Positions 37,619 through 46,609 of a stretch of DNA of 64,000 nt are shown in pieces; position 1 is the stretch's first letter; the number at the start of each line of letters is the position of its first letter. The position numbers were made by a program, and so were the translations under genes. The notes beneath the pieces are model-generated. The model was not told the DNA's origin and ran no database searches. It saw only the letters and a list, made by a program, of their open reading frames with translations. Origin of the DNA: Verrucomicrobiales bacterium (GTDB taxonomy: Bacteria; Verrucomicrobiota; Verrucomicrobiia; Limisphaerales; UBA11358); NCBI GenBank assembly GCA_028712475.1, contig JAQTQB010000001.1, positions 458,180-522,179 of the forward strand, read 5' to 3'.

Positions 37619-39937
37619 ATGCACACCAACCGGCTCGCCCGTGAAAAATCGCCGTATCTGCTCCAGCACGCGCACAATCCCGTGGACTGGTTCGCGTGGA
37701 ACGACGAGGCCTTCGCCAGGGCGCGCGCGGAAAACAAACCCGTCTTCTTGAGCATCGGCTATTCAACGTGCCATTGGTGTCACGTCATGGAACGCGAATC
37801 CTTCGAGCAGGAAAACATTGGCAAATTCCTCAACGAACATTTCGTCAGCATCAAGGTGGACCGCGAGGAACGCCCCGACGTGGATAAAATTTACATGACC
37901 TTCGTGCAGTCCACGACCGGCTCCGGCGGCTGGCCGATGAGTGTTTTTCTCACGCCCGATTTGAAACCGTTCTTCGGCGGCACTTATTTTCCGCCGGACG
38001 CACGTCATGGCCGGCCCGGTTTTTTGCAATTGCTCCAGCAAATCAGCCAGCTCTGGCGGGAACGCCGTGAAGAACTCGCCTCCTCCGCCGAGGAAATCCA
38101 TGCGCGGCTGGAAATCGCAATGGCCGGCTCGACCACGGGCGATGCGTTGCTGGACGCAGAGACAATCCGTCGCGCCGGGGCGCTGTTCAAGGAAAGCTAC
38201 GACCCGCGCCACGGCGGATTCGGCGGCGCGCCGAAATTTCCGCAGCCGGGCATTCCCTCGCTCGTGCTGCGCTACGCCAGACGCTTCAACGACGTTGAAG
38301 CGGTGAAGATGGTCTTGCACACCTGCGATGCGATGGCGGCGGGCGGCATCCACGACCAGCTCGGCGGCGGCTTTGCGCGCTACTCCGTGGATGCCGAATG
38401 GCTCGTGCCGCATTTTGAGAAAATGCTCTACGACAACGCGCAGCTTGCGCAGCTTTACCTCGACGCGTTTCTGGTCAGCGGCGACGAGCGACACGCCGAA
38501 GTTGTGCGCGACATTCTTGATTATGTGTTGCGCGACATGACGCATCCTGACGGTGGCTTTTATTCCGCGGAGGACGCCGACAGCGAAGGCCAGGAAGGGA
38601 AATTCTACTGCTGGACGAAGGATGAACTTTCCAAGCTGCTGACGGTCGAGGAATTCAACGTGGCCGCAAAATACTTTGGCATCACGGCGGCTGGAAACTT
38701 TATTGACCACAGCCATCCGCAGCCGTTGCAAGGGCTGAACGTGTTGAGCGTCGTCAATCCCGTCCGTAGCAGCGGACGTGAGTCCGCTCAAACTTCCAGC
38801 CAGTCCGCCGAAAGGATTGAGCCGATTCACATCGGCTGCTGCGATGACGAACTGCTCGCCTCCGCCAAAAAGAAAATGCTCGCCGTCCGCGCGCAACGCG
38901 TCCGCCCGCATCTGGACGATAAAATTCTCGCCTCGTGGAACGGCCTGATGATCGGGGCGTTTGCACGCGCCTACGCCGTCATCGGCGACGAAACCTATCG
39001 TGCGGCGGCGGAGAAAAATCTGGCATTCATTTGCGAAAAACTCTGGGTGAATGGACGAGACAGTGGTTTGGACATCTCGCTTTCCCTCACCCCGGGGGAG
39101 AGGGAGAATCATTCCCCGTCACTTGGCAAATCTACGGCTGAATCTGGTTCGGCGACCGATGAAAATTTAAGCAACGCACAACGGTTGTTTCCTCTCCCTG
39201 GGGGAGAGGATCAGGGTGAGGGGCGGCATTTTGTTGTCGGCACATTGTTCCACCGCTGGCGCGACGGAGAGCGGGACAGCGTGCAACTGCTCGAGGCCTA
39301 CGCCTTTCTTCTGTCCGGCGTGATTGATCTGTATGAAGCGACGCTTGAGCCGAAGCATCTCGACTTCGCGATTGAACTGGCCGGGGCGATGCTCGTAAAA
39401 TTTTACGACGCGGAGAACGGCGGCTTCTGGCAAAGCGCGGCGGGCGCAACTGATTTGATCCTGCGCGTGAAGGACGATTACGACGGCGCGGAACCTTCGG
39501 GAAATTCCGTCGCCACGCTCGCGCTGCTGAAACTTGGCGCGATCACCGGGCGGAAAAATTTCACCGTCGCCGCAGAGAAAACTTTGCGCCTGTTCGCGCA
39601 TCGCCTTCAAAACTTTCCCCAGGCGCTGCCGTTCATGTTGCACGCGGTGGATTTTTCGTTGCAGGAGCCGGCGCGGGTCGTGGTCGCTGGCGATCCCGGC
39701 CTGTTTCACTTTGATTTGACTGGTGATGACACGATTTCCAGCAAGGCGCTGGCACTGCTTCACGCCGCGCACTCGGTTTATCGGCCAAATAAAATTGTTC
39801 TTGGCAGCACGGGCGCGGTGGAGGAATTTGCCAGAACCTTGCCCGCGAAAGACGGTGCGGTGGTTTATCTTTGCACCGGCAATGTCTGCCAGCCGCCGAC
39901 CGACGATCCGGCCAAGCTGAAAGAAATGCTGAAATAA
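37619..39937 (+). CDS. Thioredoxin-domain protein YyaL/DUF255 (SPATA20-like, with a GlcNAc 2-epimerase-like barrel)
   Basis: [59 protein letters not shown]. The start is taken at MHTNRLA (37619). Carries two repeat insertions. Confidence 0.9.
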   Translation: MHTNRLAREKSPYLLQHAHNPVDWFAWNDEAFARARAENKPVFLSIGYSTCHWCHVMERESFEQENIGKFLNEHFVSIKVDREERPDVDKIYMTFVQSTTGSGGWPMSVFLTPDLKPFFGGTYFPPDARHGRPGFLQLLQQISQLWRERREELASSAEEIHARLEIAMAGSTTGDALLDAETIRRAGALFKESYDPRHGGFGGAPKFPQPGIPSLVLRYARRFNDVEAVKMVLHTCDAMAAGGIHDQLGGGFARYSVDAEWLVPHFEKMLYDNAQLAQLYLDAFLVSGDERHAEVVRDILDYVLRDMTHPDGGFYSAEDADSEGQEGKFYCWTKDELSKLLTVEEFNVAAKYFGITAAGNFIDHSHPQPLQGLNVLSVVNPVRSSGRESAQTSSQSAERIEPIHIGCCDDELLASAKKKMLAVRAQRVRPHLDDKILASWNGLMIGAFARAYAVIGDETYRAAAEKNLAFICEKLWVNGRDSGLDISLSLTPGERENHSPSLGKSTAESGSATDENLSNAQRLFPLPGGEDQGEGRHFVVGTLFHRWRDGERDSVQLLEAYAFLLSGVIDLYEATLEPKHLDFAIELAGAMLVKFYDAENGGFWQSAAGATDLILRVKDDYDGAEPSGNSVATLALLKLGAITGRKNFTVAAEKTLRLFAHRLQNFPQALPFMLHAVDFSLQEPARVVVAGDPGLFHFDLTGDDTISSKALALLHAAHSVYRPNKIVLGSTGAVEEFARTLPAKDGAVVYLCTGNVCQPPTDDPAKLKEMLK
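38766..38842. repeat. GTAG-hairpin inverted doublet (REPIN-like), in-frame inside yyaL
   Basis: GTAGCAGCGGACGTGAGTCCGCTC - 29 nt - GAGCCGATTCACATCGGCTGCTGC. Translated as RSSGRESAQ...EPIHIGCC. Confidence 0.8.
39084..39223. repeat. Second palindromic insert type (CCCTCACCCCGGGGGAGAGGGAG ... CTCCCTGGGGGAGAGGATCAGGGTGAGGGG), in-frame inside yyaL
   Basis: Outer inverted repeat CCCTCACCC/GGGTGAGGG, an inner GGGGGAGAGG motif in both arms, and an AT-richer centre. Translated as [11 protein letters not shown]...[13 protein letters not shown]. Confidence 0.7.
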
Positions 39938-39942
39938 TCCGG

Positions 39943-40296
<354 letters not shown>

Positions 40297-41718
40297 TTAT
40301 TCGGAGTAAGCGCGTTCGCCGTGTTGCGTGAGATCCAGCCCGACACTTTCGTCTTCGATGTCCACGCGCAGGCCGACCAGCGCATCCACGATTTTGAGCA
40401 GGACAAAGGTGGCAACACCCGCAAAGCCCACCGTGAACAGCACGCCGATGGCTTGATGGCCGAACTGGCTCATCCCTCCCGCAAGCGACACCGCCACGCC
40501 GTTGACTTGAAACGTGGAGGCGATGGCGGGATTGACCGTCGCGCTGGCCAGAACGCCGAGCATCAACATGCCAATGATGCTGCCGACGCCATGCACGCCG
40601 AACACGTCGAGTGAATCGTCGTAGGCGAAATGGGCTTTCAATTCGGTCACCGCAAAATAACAAACCACCCCGGCGGCCAGCCCGATGCAAAACGCCGACG
40701 GCACCGTGACAAATCCCGACGCGGGCGTGATGGTGGCCAGCCCCGCGACCATGCCGGATGCCGCACCCAGCACGCTGGGCCGGCCTTTGTGCCACCATTC
40801 CACCATGGCCCAGCTCAATGCGGCGGCGGCGGCGGAAAAATGCGTTGACGCAAAGGCGCTGGTGGCAAGCGAGCCGGCATTGAGCGCGCTGCCGCCGTTG
40901 AAACCGAACCAGCCCACCCACAGCAATCCAGTGCCGATGAGCGAGAGCACCACGTTATGCGGAATCATCGCCTCCTGCGGATAACCCGCGCGCTTGCCGA
41001 GCACGAGAGCGCACACGAGCGCCGAGACGCCGGAACTGATGTGAACCACCGTGCCACCGGCGAAATCCAGGACCGGGATTTTGCCCCCGCCCGCCCAGTT
41101 GAAAAAGCCGCCCTTGCCCCAGATCATGTGGCACAGCGGGAAATAAACGACCGTCACCCAAAGCACCACGAACAGCACATACCCTTTGAATTTGATGCGT
41201 TCCGCCACCGCGCCGCTGATGAGCGCGGGCGTGATGATGGCGAACATCATCTGAAACAGCATGAACGACTGTTGCGGCACCGTGCCTGCGTAATCAGGAT
41301 TCGGCGCGCCGCCCACATCGCGCAGCATGAAATAGGTGAGCGGGTTGCCCACGAACGCGTTGCCTTCCGCAAAGGCCATGCTGTAGCCAAAAACCATCCA
41401 CAACACGGAGACCAGCGCCATGAGAATCAGGCTGTGCATCATCGTGGCGAGCACGTTTTTGCTCCGCACCAGCCCGCCGTAAAAAAGAATCAATCCCGGC
41501 GCGGTCATCATCAGCACCAGCGCCGAACTCGCGAGCAACCAGGCGTTGTCCCCGGAATTGATGACGGAGGTTTGATTGCTGGCAGCCAATTTTTCCAGAT
41601 GGTCGAGGCGTTGCTCCACAGAAGCGACGTCGGCAGCCGACAAAGAAGACATTCCCAACCCGGTAAAAAGCACCACGACCCAAAAAGCAGACACGAAGGA
41701 ACGGAAAGGTTGATTCAT
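40297..41718 (-). CDS. amtB: Ammonium transporter
   Basis: Multi-TM protein with AGGTVVHISSG and FGVHGVGSIIG motifs. The start is taken at MNQPFRS (41718). Confidence 0.9.
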   Translation of the reverse strand: MNQPFRSFVSAFWVVVLFTGLGMSSLSAADVASVEQRLDHLEKLAASNQTSVINSGDNAWLLASSALVLMMTAPGLILFYGGLVRSKNVLATMMHSLILMALVSVLWMVFGYSMAFAEGNAFVGNPLTYFMLRDVGGAPNPDYAGTVPQQSFMLFQMMFAIITPALISGAVAERIKFKGYVLFVVLWVTVVYFPLCHMIWGKGGFFNWAGGGKIPVLDFAGGTVVHISSGVSALVCALVLGKRAGYPQEAMIPHNVVLSLIGTGLLWVGWFGFNGGSALNAGSLATSAFASTHFSAAAAALSWAMVEWWHKGRPSVLGAASGMVAGLATITPASGFVTVPSAFCIGLAAGVVCYFAVTELKAHFAYDDSLDVFGVHGVGSIIGMLMLGVLASATVNPAIASTFQVNGVAVSLAGGMSQFGHQAIGVLFTVGFAGVATFVLLKIVDALVGLRVDIEDESVGLDLTQHGERAYSE

Positions 41719-41812
41719 GAGTGCCAATAGATGAACAAAACTGATGGGCGGCGTCAATCAAACATCGGCTTGAATGGGAGGGCAAACGCTGGCCGCAGGC
41801 TTTGCCGGCGAA

Positions 41813-42550
41813 TCAATCGTTCGACGGCGGTGCCGGGCTTTCAGGCTGTTCCGCCGCCGCCGAAGGTTCGGGGCGATCCACGCGCTCCGGGCGTTGAGGC
41901 AAAGCCCGTCGCTCGGGACGTTGCGGACGTTCGGGACGTTGCGGACGATTTGGCCGGGCCGGGCGGTTTTGATTATCCGGGCGGGCCGGCCGTTCATGGC
42001 GCTCCGGTTGTTCGGAACGATCAAACCTGTCGCCGCGCGATTGAAACTGGCGCAAGGCGCGGAGCAGTGATTCGATTTCGCGTTCGTCGGTGAGTTTCTG
42101 ACGCTCGGCGAGTTCGACCAGTTCTAAAACTTCCTCCATCTGTTCCAACGTCTGTTTCAACGATTCCACGACCTGCATCACTTCGTTGACAGCCTGGCTG
42201 ATGGCCGAGCCATCCGTCCGGGGCACGCGCGGCGCGTGAGGCACCGGCTCAATTCTGGGACGCGGCGGCAGCGGACGGGCGGGCTGCGGGCGCACCGGTC
42301 GTTCGGATAATTTAATCGGAGGTTCTGCACGCGGCGGGACTGGCTGTGCAGGAGATTCCACCGGTGCCGATGATTCGGTTGGCGCCGCCGGGTCGGAAAC
42401 GGGCGTCGGTTCGGCCAGATCATTTTTTACGGGCGGGCGCGGGCCGCGTCCACGACCTCGTCCACCGCGATGTCCGCGACTACGGCGACGCGGCTCCATG
42501 CCTTTTGCGGGTGCTGGGCTGTTTGATTCCGGCGATTGTTCCTCTGACAT
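41813..42550 (-). CDS. Pro/Arg/Glu-rich hypothetical protein with a central coiled-coil
   Basis: RGHRGGRGRGRGPRPP at the N-terminus, a helical VMQVVESLKQTLEQMEEVLELVELAERQ core, and C-terminal RPERPQRPER repeats encoded by 9-nt tandem units at 41914-41949. Confidence 0.5.
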   Translation of the reverse strand: MSEEQSPESNSPAPAKGMEPRRRSRGHRGGRGRGRGPRPPVKNDLAEPTPVSDPAAPTESSAPVESPAQPVPPRAEPPIKLSERPVRPQPARPLPPRPRIEPVPHAPRVPRTDGSAISQAVNEVMQVVESLKQTLEQMEEVLELVELAERQKLTDEREIESLLRALRQFQSRGDRFDRSEQPERHERPARPDNQNRPARPNRPQRPERPQRPERRALPQRPERVDRPEPSAAAEQPESPAPPSND

Positions 42551-42617
42551 TTAGAAATAAGCATGACGCCCAGACGGGCAAATGCAACAAAGAATCTGAA
42601 TCGGAAGCGCCCGCGTC

Positions 42618-43805
42618 TTATTTTTTCACGAACAACGCCAATGATGCGGTGAAGCCGTGCAGATAATTTTTTTCGCCGACCGGGCCGATTTCGCCATTAC
42701 CGTAAAACCCGGCCAGACCCAGCGGGCCAAGCTCCTTTTGCACCAGTTCGGCGTCGTGGTTCGGCTGGCCGAAGAGATTTTTCCCGCGTCCATTGCAGCA
42801 GCACAGGCAGCCGCCGTAAATTGTGGCCCCGCCGATTCTTTCCTTGGCGTGTTCGAGCAGTTCGCCCATGTCCTCGTTCGCAGCCACGGCGTCGCGCCGG
42901 TGAAACTGGATGGTCTGCCCCGCGCGCGGCAAGGCGGCAACGGCCAGCACGCCGGAGTTCGGGTCGCCGCCGATGAGATTGCGCACCAGGAAATCGCCGC
43001 GATGAAAATCCTCCAGATATTCGTTCACGACCAGGCCGATGAACAGATTCCCGCGCGCCTTCTGCTGGTCGGCGGGCGAAAGCTGCTGCACCGTTTCCGC
43101 GAGCACGGCGTAGGCGGGACGGTTCGCGATTTGATGAATGAGATTTTGTTCTACACGCGTGAGAGTCCACGTTTCACCGATCGGCGTGCAGCCTTGCGAG
43201 ATGACGCCGGACAATTTCACGCCGCCGCCGATGGAAACCGCCACGCCGCCGTCTTCAAAAACTTCGCCGTTCAAATAGACCTGGGTGGTTTGATCAGCCG
43301 GAATCCCGCTGGACAGGCCGCCGAACGCGGGCAGCGGCGCGTAGGCCATGTTCCACGAGCGCATCCAGCTTTCGGCATCGAGATGAAACGGATCAATGAA
43401 TGTGAGCCAGCCATTCGTGCGCTTCGGATCCACGCCCGATTCCAACGGCCAATACGTCGCGCCATCCGCTTCTTCCACTTGCCCCTGCGTGAAACGAAAA
43501 CCCTTCAGCTCCGCGCCGGGCAATGAATACAACGCCAGCACGATGCCGGTCGCATCTTCAATCTCGTGCGACCCGGCGATCAGGGCAGTGCTGGAACAGC
43601 CGGCCAGCAAGGGAATCCGCGCATGGACGCGCAAAATCTCCAGCGTGGCCTGCGCGTGCGGGAAAAACTTCGGCGACATGAAAACGAGGCCGAGCGACAC
43701 CGGATGCGCGCCGAGCTGTGCGCGCAATTTCTCCGCCCACCCGCGCAGGCCATTCTCATCAAAGTCACCCTGCCAGTAAGCGGCGGTGGAAAATTCACTG
43801 TTCAT
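42618..43805 (-). CDS. FIST N/C domain sensor protein
   Basis: Length and the C-terminal ..LAGFYGNGEIGPVGEKNYLHGFTASLALF are typical of FIST_C. Confidence 0.75.
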   Translation of the reverse strand: MNSEFSTAAYWQGDFDENGLRGWAEKLRAQLGAHPVSLGLVFMSPKFFPHAQATLEILRVHARIPLLAGCSSTALIAGSHEIEDATGIVLALYSLPGAELKGFRFTQGQVEEADGATYWPLESGVDPKRTNGWLTFIDPFHLDAESWMRSWNMAYAPLPAFGGLSSGIPADQTTQVYLNGEVFEDGGVAVSIGGGVKLSGVISQGCTPIGETWTLTRVEQNLIHQIANRPAYAVLAETVQQLSPADQQKARGNLFIGLVVNEYLEDFHRGDFLVRNLIGGDPNSGVLAVAALPRAGQTIQFHRRDAVAANEDMGELLEHAKERIGGATIYGGCLCCCNGRGKNLFGQPNHDAELVQKELGPLGLAGFYGNGEIGPVGEKNYLHGFTASLALFVKK

Positions 43806-43900
43806 AAATCCAGCTTAACTCCGCCGGGCGCGATTGCAAATGTTCTGCACGCGAGAAACGGATTTTGTTTGGCCAATTTTTGAGTTATGCTGCCCGTCAA

Positions 43901-46561
43901 ATGGTTTCAACCGCCACAACCGATGCCGCGAAAAGCGGACGCGACGAAGAGAATCTGCCGCGCCTGCCAGAATTGCTCGCGCCCGCCGGCGACTGGGAAT
44001 GCGCCAAGGCCGCCGTGGAAAATGGCGCGGATGCCATCTACTTCGGCCTGGATAAATTCAACGCGCGGATGCGGGCCCATAATTTCACCGGGGCCGACCT
44101 GCCGAAGCTCATGGAGTTCCTGCACCGGCGCGGTGTCAAAGGCTACGTCACGTTTAACACGCTGGTTTTCCAGAACGAACTGGCCGATGCGGAGAATTAT
44201 CTGCGCGCCATCATCGCCGCCGGGGTGGACGCGGCCATCGTGCAGGACGTGGGGATTTGCCGGCTCATCCGAAAATTGTCGCCCGATTTTCCGATCCATG
44301 CTTCCACGCAGATGACCGTCACGAGCGCGGCCGGGGTGGAATTTGCCCGCAAACTCGGCTGCAATCTCGCCGTGCTGGCACGGGAATGTTCAATTGCTGA
44401 AATCGAAAAAATTCGCGCGGCAGACGAGGCCGCCTTATCACTCGTCACTCGTCACGCATCACTGCCCTTGGAGGTTTTCGTCCACGGCGCGCTGTGCGTT
44501 GCCTACTCCGGCCAATGCCTGACGAGCGAATCGCTGGGCGGTCGTTCGGCCAACCGCGGCGAATGCGCGCAGGCATGCCGGATGCCTTACGATTTGATCT
44601 CCGATGGCAAACAAGTGCCGCTTGGCGACAAGCGGTATTTATTAAGCCCGCAGGATCTGGCCGGGTTGGAAGTGTTGCCGGAACTCGTGCGCGCCGGCGT
44701 CGCCTCGCTCAAGATCGAAGGCCGCCTCAAAGCGCCGGAATACGTCGCCAGCATCACGCGCGTCTATCGCAAGGCGCTCAATCAACTTGGTAGCAGCCGA
44801 CGTGAGGAGGCTCAAATCTCCTCGTTGAACCAAAAGAATGAGCCTCCTCACGTCGGCTGCTACGACGAGCAAGACCGTTACGACATGGAGATGTCCTTCT
44901 CGCGTGGTCTTTACACCGGCTGGTTCGGTGGCGTCAACAACCAGCAGCTCGTTCATGCGCGGTTTGGAAAAAAGCGCGGCGTGTTCCTCGGTGAAGTCGC
45001 CCGGGTCCAGAACGAAAAAGTCACCCTGCACCTGCAAGCGCCGCTGAAACCGGGCGACGGCGTGGTGTTCGACGCCGGCCGGCCGGATGAAAAAGAGGAG
45101 GGCGGGCGCATTTACGGCATCAAGAATTTTCAAAACAAAACGACGCGCACCGAGGAATCGGTTCTGGAATTTGGCTACGGCAACATTGATTTCAACCGTG
45201 TCCACGTCGGCGACAAATTGTGGAAGACGAACGATCCCGAACTCGACAAGCGCCTGCGCCGGAGTTTTGCCGGGGATGCCCCGCGCTTTCAACGGCCCAT
45301 TGAGATGGAAGTTCATGGCCTCGCTGGCAAACCTCTCACGATCATCGCTCGCGACGAACTGGGACACGTCGTCCAGTTTGATTCCACGATGCCGCTGGCC
45401 AAGGCTGAAAAACAACCGCTCACCACCGAACGTTTGCGCGACCAGTTCGGCCGCCTCGGCGGAACGCCCTTTAATCTGGGCGAGCTGAAAAATTTTCTGA
45501 CGGGTGAAGTGATGCTGCCCATGAGCGAACTGAACCGCCTGCGCCGCGAAGTCGCGACACAGCTCGAAATACTCCGCGCGCAGCCGAAGCGGTGGCAGTT
45601 CAATAATGGTAGCAGCCGAGGTGACGAGGCTCATTCCTCGCTTCCAACCAGTAAGAGCCTCCTCACGTCGGCTGCTACAAATCCAGAATTGATTGTCCTC
45701 GTCCGCAGCTTGCCGCAGTTGGAAGCGGCGTTGAAATGCGGCGTGCAGACCGTGTATTGCGAATTTGAAGACCCCAAGAAATATCGCGAAGCCGTCACGA
45801 CTTTCCACACCGCCTACGGCTGTTCAACGCCATCCTCCATCCTCCATCCTCCATCCTCGCAACCCAGCATCTGGGTCGCCCCGCCGCGCATTTTCAAAAT
45901 GGGCGAAGACTGGATATTGAAGCTGGTCCGTTCCTGCAACGCCGATGGCTACCTCGTCCGCAATTACGATCACTTGAAGTTTTTCGCCGGTTGCCGGAAG
46001 CGCGGCGATTATTCGCTGAACGTGGCCAACCGGCTGGCGGCGGATTATTTCAAAAACCAATTCGGCCTGGAGCAGCTCACGCCGTCCTACGATTTGAATT
46101 TCACGCAGCTCGAAGCGCTTTTACAGGCCGCGCCGCCGGAATGGTTCGAGGTCACGATCCACCAGCACATGCCGATGTTTCACATGGAGCACTGCGTCTT
46201 CTGCGCCTTTCTGTCCAGCGGCACGGACTACACGAACTGCGGCCGGCCTTGCGACACGCATGTCGTCAAGCTGCGCGACCGAGTCGGCGCGGAGCACACG
46301 CTCAAGGCGGATGCCGGCTGCCGCAACACCGTGTTCAACTCGCAGACGCAGACCGGTGCGGAATACATCGCGAAGATGATCGAGCTGGGCGTGCGGAATT
46401 TCCGCGTGGAATTTCTGAATGAAACGCCGGAAACCGTCGAGCGCACCATTGTCAGATACCGCCAGCTTCTGCGCGGGGAAATTGATGGAACGCAATTGTG
46501 GCGCGAGTTGAAGTTGATGAACCAGCTCGGCGTCACACGCGGGCAGATCGCGAAGTTGTAG
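43901..46561 (+). CDS. Peptidase U32 family protein (long form)
   Basis: ELLAPAGDWECAKAAVENGADAIYFGLDKFNARMRAHNF and EVFVHGALCVAYSGQCLTS. The ATG at 43901 is preferred over the TTG at 43865. Contains four repeat insertions. Confidence 0.85.
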   Translation: MVSTATTDAAKSGRDEENLPRLPELLAPAGDWECAKAAVENGADAIYFGLDKFNARMRAHNFTGADLPKLMEFLHRRGVKGYVTFNTLVFQNELADAENYLRAIIAAGVDAAIVQDVGICRLIRKLSPDFPIHASTQMTVTSAAGVEFARKLGCNLAVLARECSIAEIEKIRAADEAALSLVTRHASLPLEVFVHGALCVAYSGQCLTSESLGGRSANRGECAQACRMPYDLISDGKQVPLGDKRYLLSPQDLAGLEVLPELVRAGVASLKIEGRLKAPEYVASITRVYRKALNQLGSSRREEAQISSLNQKNEPPHVGCYDEQDRYDMEMSFSRGLYTGWFGGVNNQQLVHARFGKKRGVFLGEVARVQNEKVTLHLQAPLKPGDGVVFDAGRPDEKEEGGRIYGIKNFQNKTTRTEESVLEFGYGNIDFNRVHVGDKLWKTNDPELDKRLRRSFAGDAPRFQRPIEMEVHGLAGKPLTIIARDELGHVVQFDSTMPLAKAEKQPLTTERLRDQFGRLGGTPFNLGELKNFLTGEVMLPMSELNRLRREVATQLEILRAQPKRWQFNNGSSRGDEAHSSLPTSKSLLTSAATNPELIVLVRSLPQLEAALKCGVQTVYCEFEDPKKYREAVTTFHTAYGCSTPSSILHPPSSQPSIWVAPPRIFKMGEDWILKLVRSCNADGYLVRNYDHLKFFAGCRKRGDYSLNVANRLAADYFKNQFGLEQLTPSYDLNFTQLEALLQAAPPEWFEVTIHQHMPMFHMEHCVFCAFLSSGTDYTNCGRPCDTHVVKLRDRVGAEHTLKADAGCRNTVFNSQTQTGAEYIAKMIELGVRNFRVEFLNETPETVERTIVRYRQLLRGEIDGTQLWRELKLMNQLGVTRGQIAKL
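44435..44462. repeat. Heptamer tandem array (TTATCAC TCGTCAC TCGTCAC GCATCAC) inside a CDS
   Basis: Read directly. Translated as LSLVTRHASL. Confidence 0.7.
44790..44863. repeat. GTAG-hairpin inverted doublet (REPIN-like), perfect 24-nt arms, in-frame inside the U32 gene
   Basis: GTAGCAGCCGACGTGAGGAGGCTC - 26 nt - GAGCCTCCTCACGTCGGCTGCTAC; the arms are exact reverse complements. Confidence 0.9.
45609..45678. repeat. GTAG-hairpin inverted doublet (REPIN-like), in-frame inside the U32 gene
   Basis: GTAGCAGCCGAGGTGACGAGGCTC - 22 nt - GAGCCTCCTCACGTCGGCTGCTAC. Confidence 0.85.
45830..45857. repeat. Heptamer tandem array (CCATCCT x4) inside a CDS
   Basis: Four perfect 7-mers. Translated as PSSILHPPSS. 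The same unit forms the palindrome in cinA. Confidence 0.85.
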
Positions 46562-46563
46562 CG

Positions 46564-46602
46564 TTCGGCCTGTGGCCGAATCCGTTCGAGCCAGAGGCTC
46601 GA
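46564..46602. terminator. Two short hairpins in the 48-nt convergent spacer between the U32 gene and lysA
   Basis: TTCGGCC-TGT-GGCCGAA and TCGAGCC-AGA-GGCTCGA. No clear U-tract, so function as a terminator is inferred from position only. The preceding GTAGC overlaps the U32 stop codon. Confidence 0.35.
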
Positions 46603-46609
46603 CGCAATA

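Noticed and set aside
38766-39223. In-frame inserts interpreted as inteins or group I/II introns
   Set aside because: The inserts are only about 20-50 codons, lack intein blocks (no Cys/Ser...HN boundaries) and are far too short for self-splicing introns. The palindromic DNA structure fits MITE/REPIN-type elements instead.
41719-41812. Sigma-54 (-24/-12) promoter upstream of amtB
   Set aside because: The best candidate (GGCCAGCGTTTGC on the minus strand) has GG-N9-GC spacing and a poor match to TGGCAC-N5-TTGC. This is not supportable by eye.
44642-45808. 388-aa minus-strand ORF with recurring ..LTSAAT.. peptides
   Set aside because: The recurring peptide is simply the palindromic GTAG-hairpin element read on the other strand. 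The ORF is antisense to the U32 peptidase.
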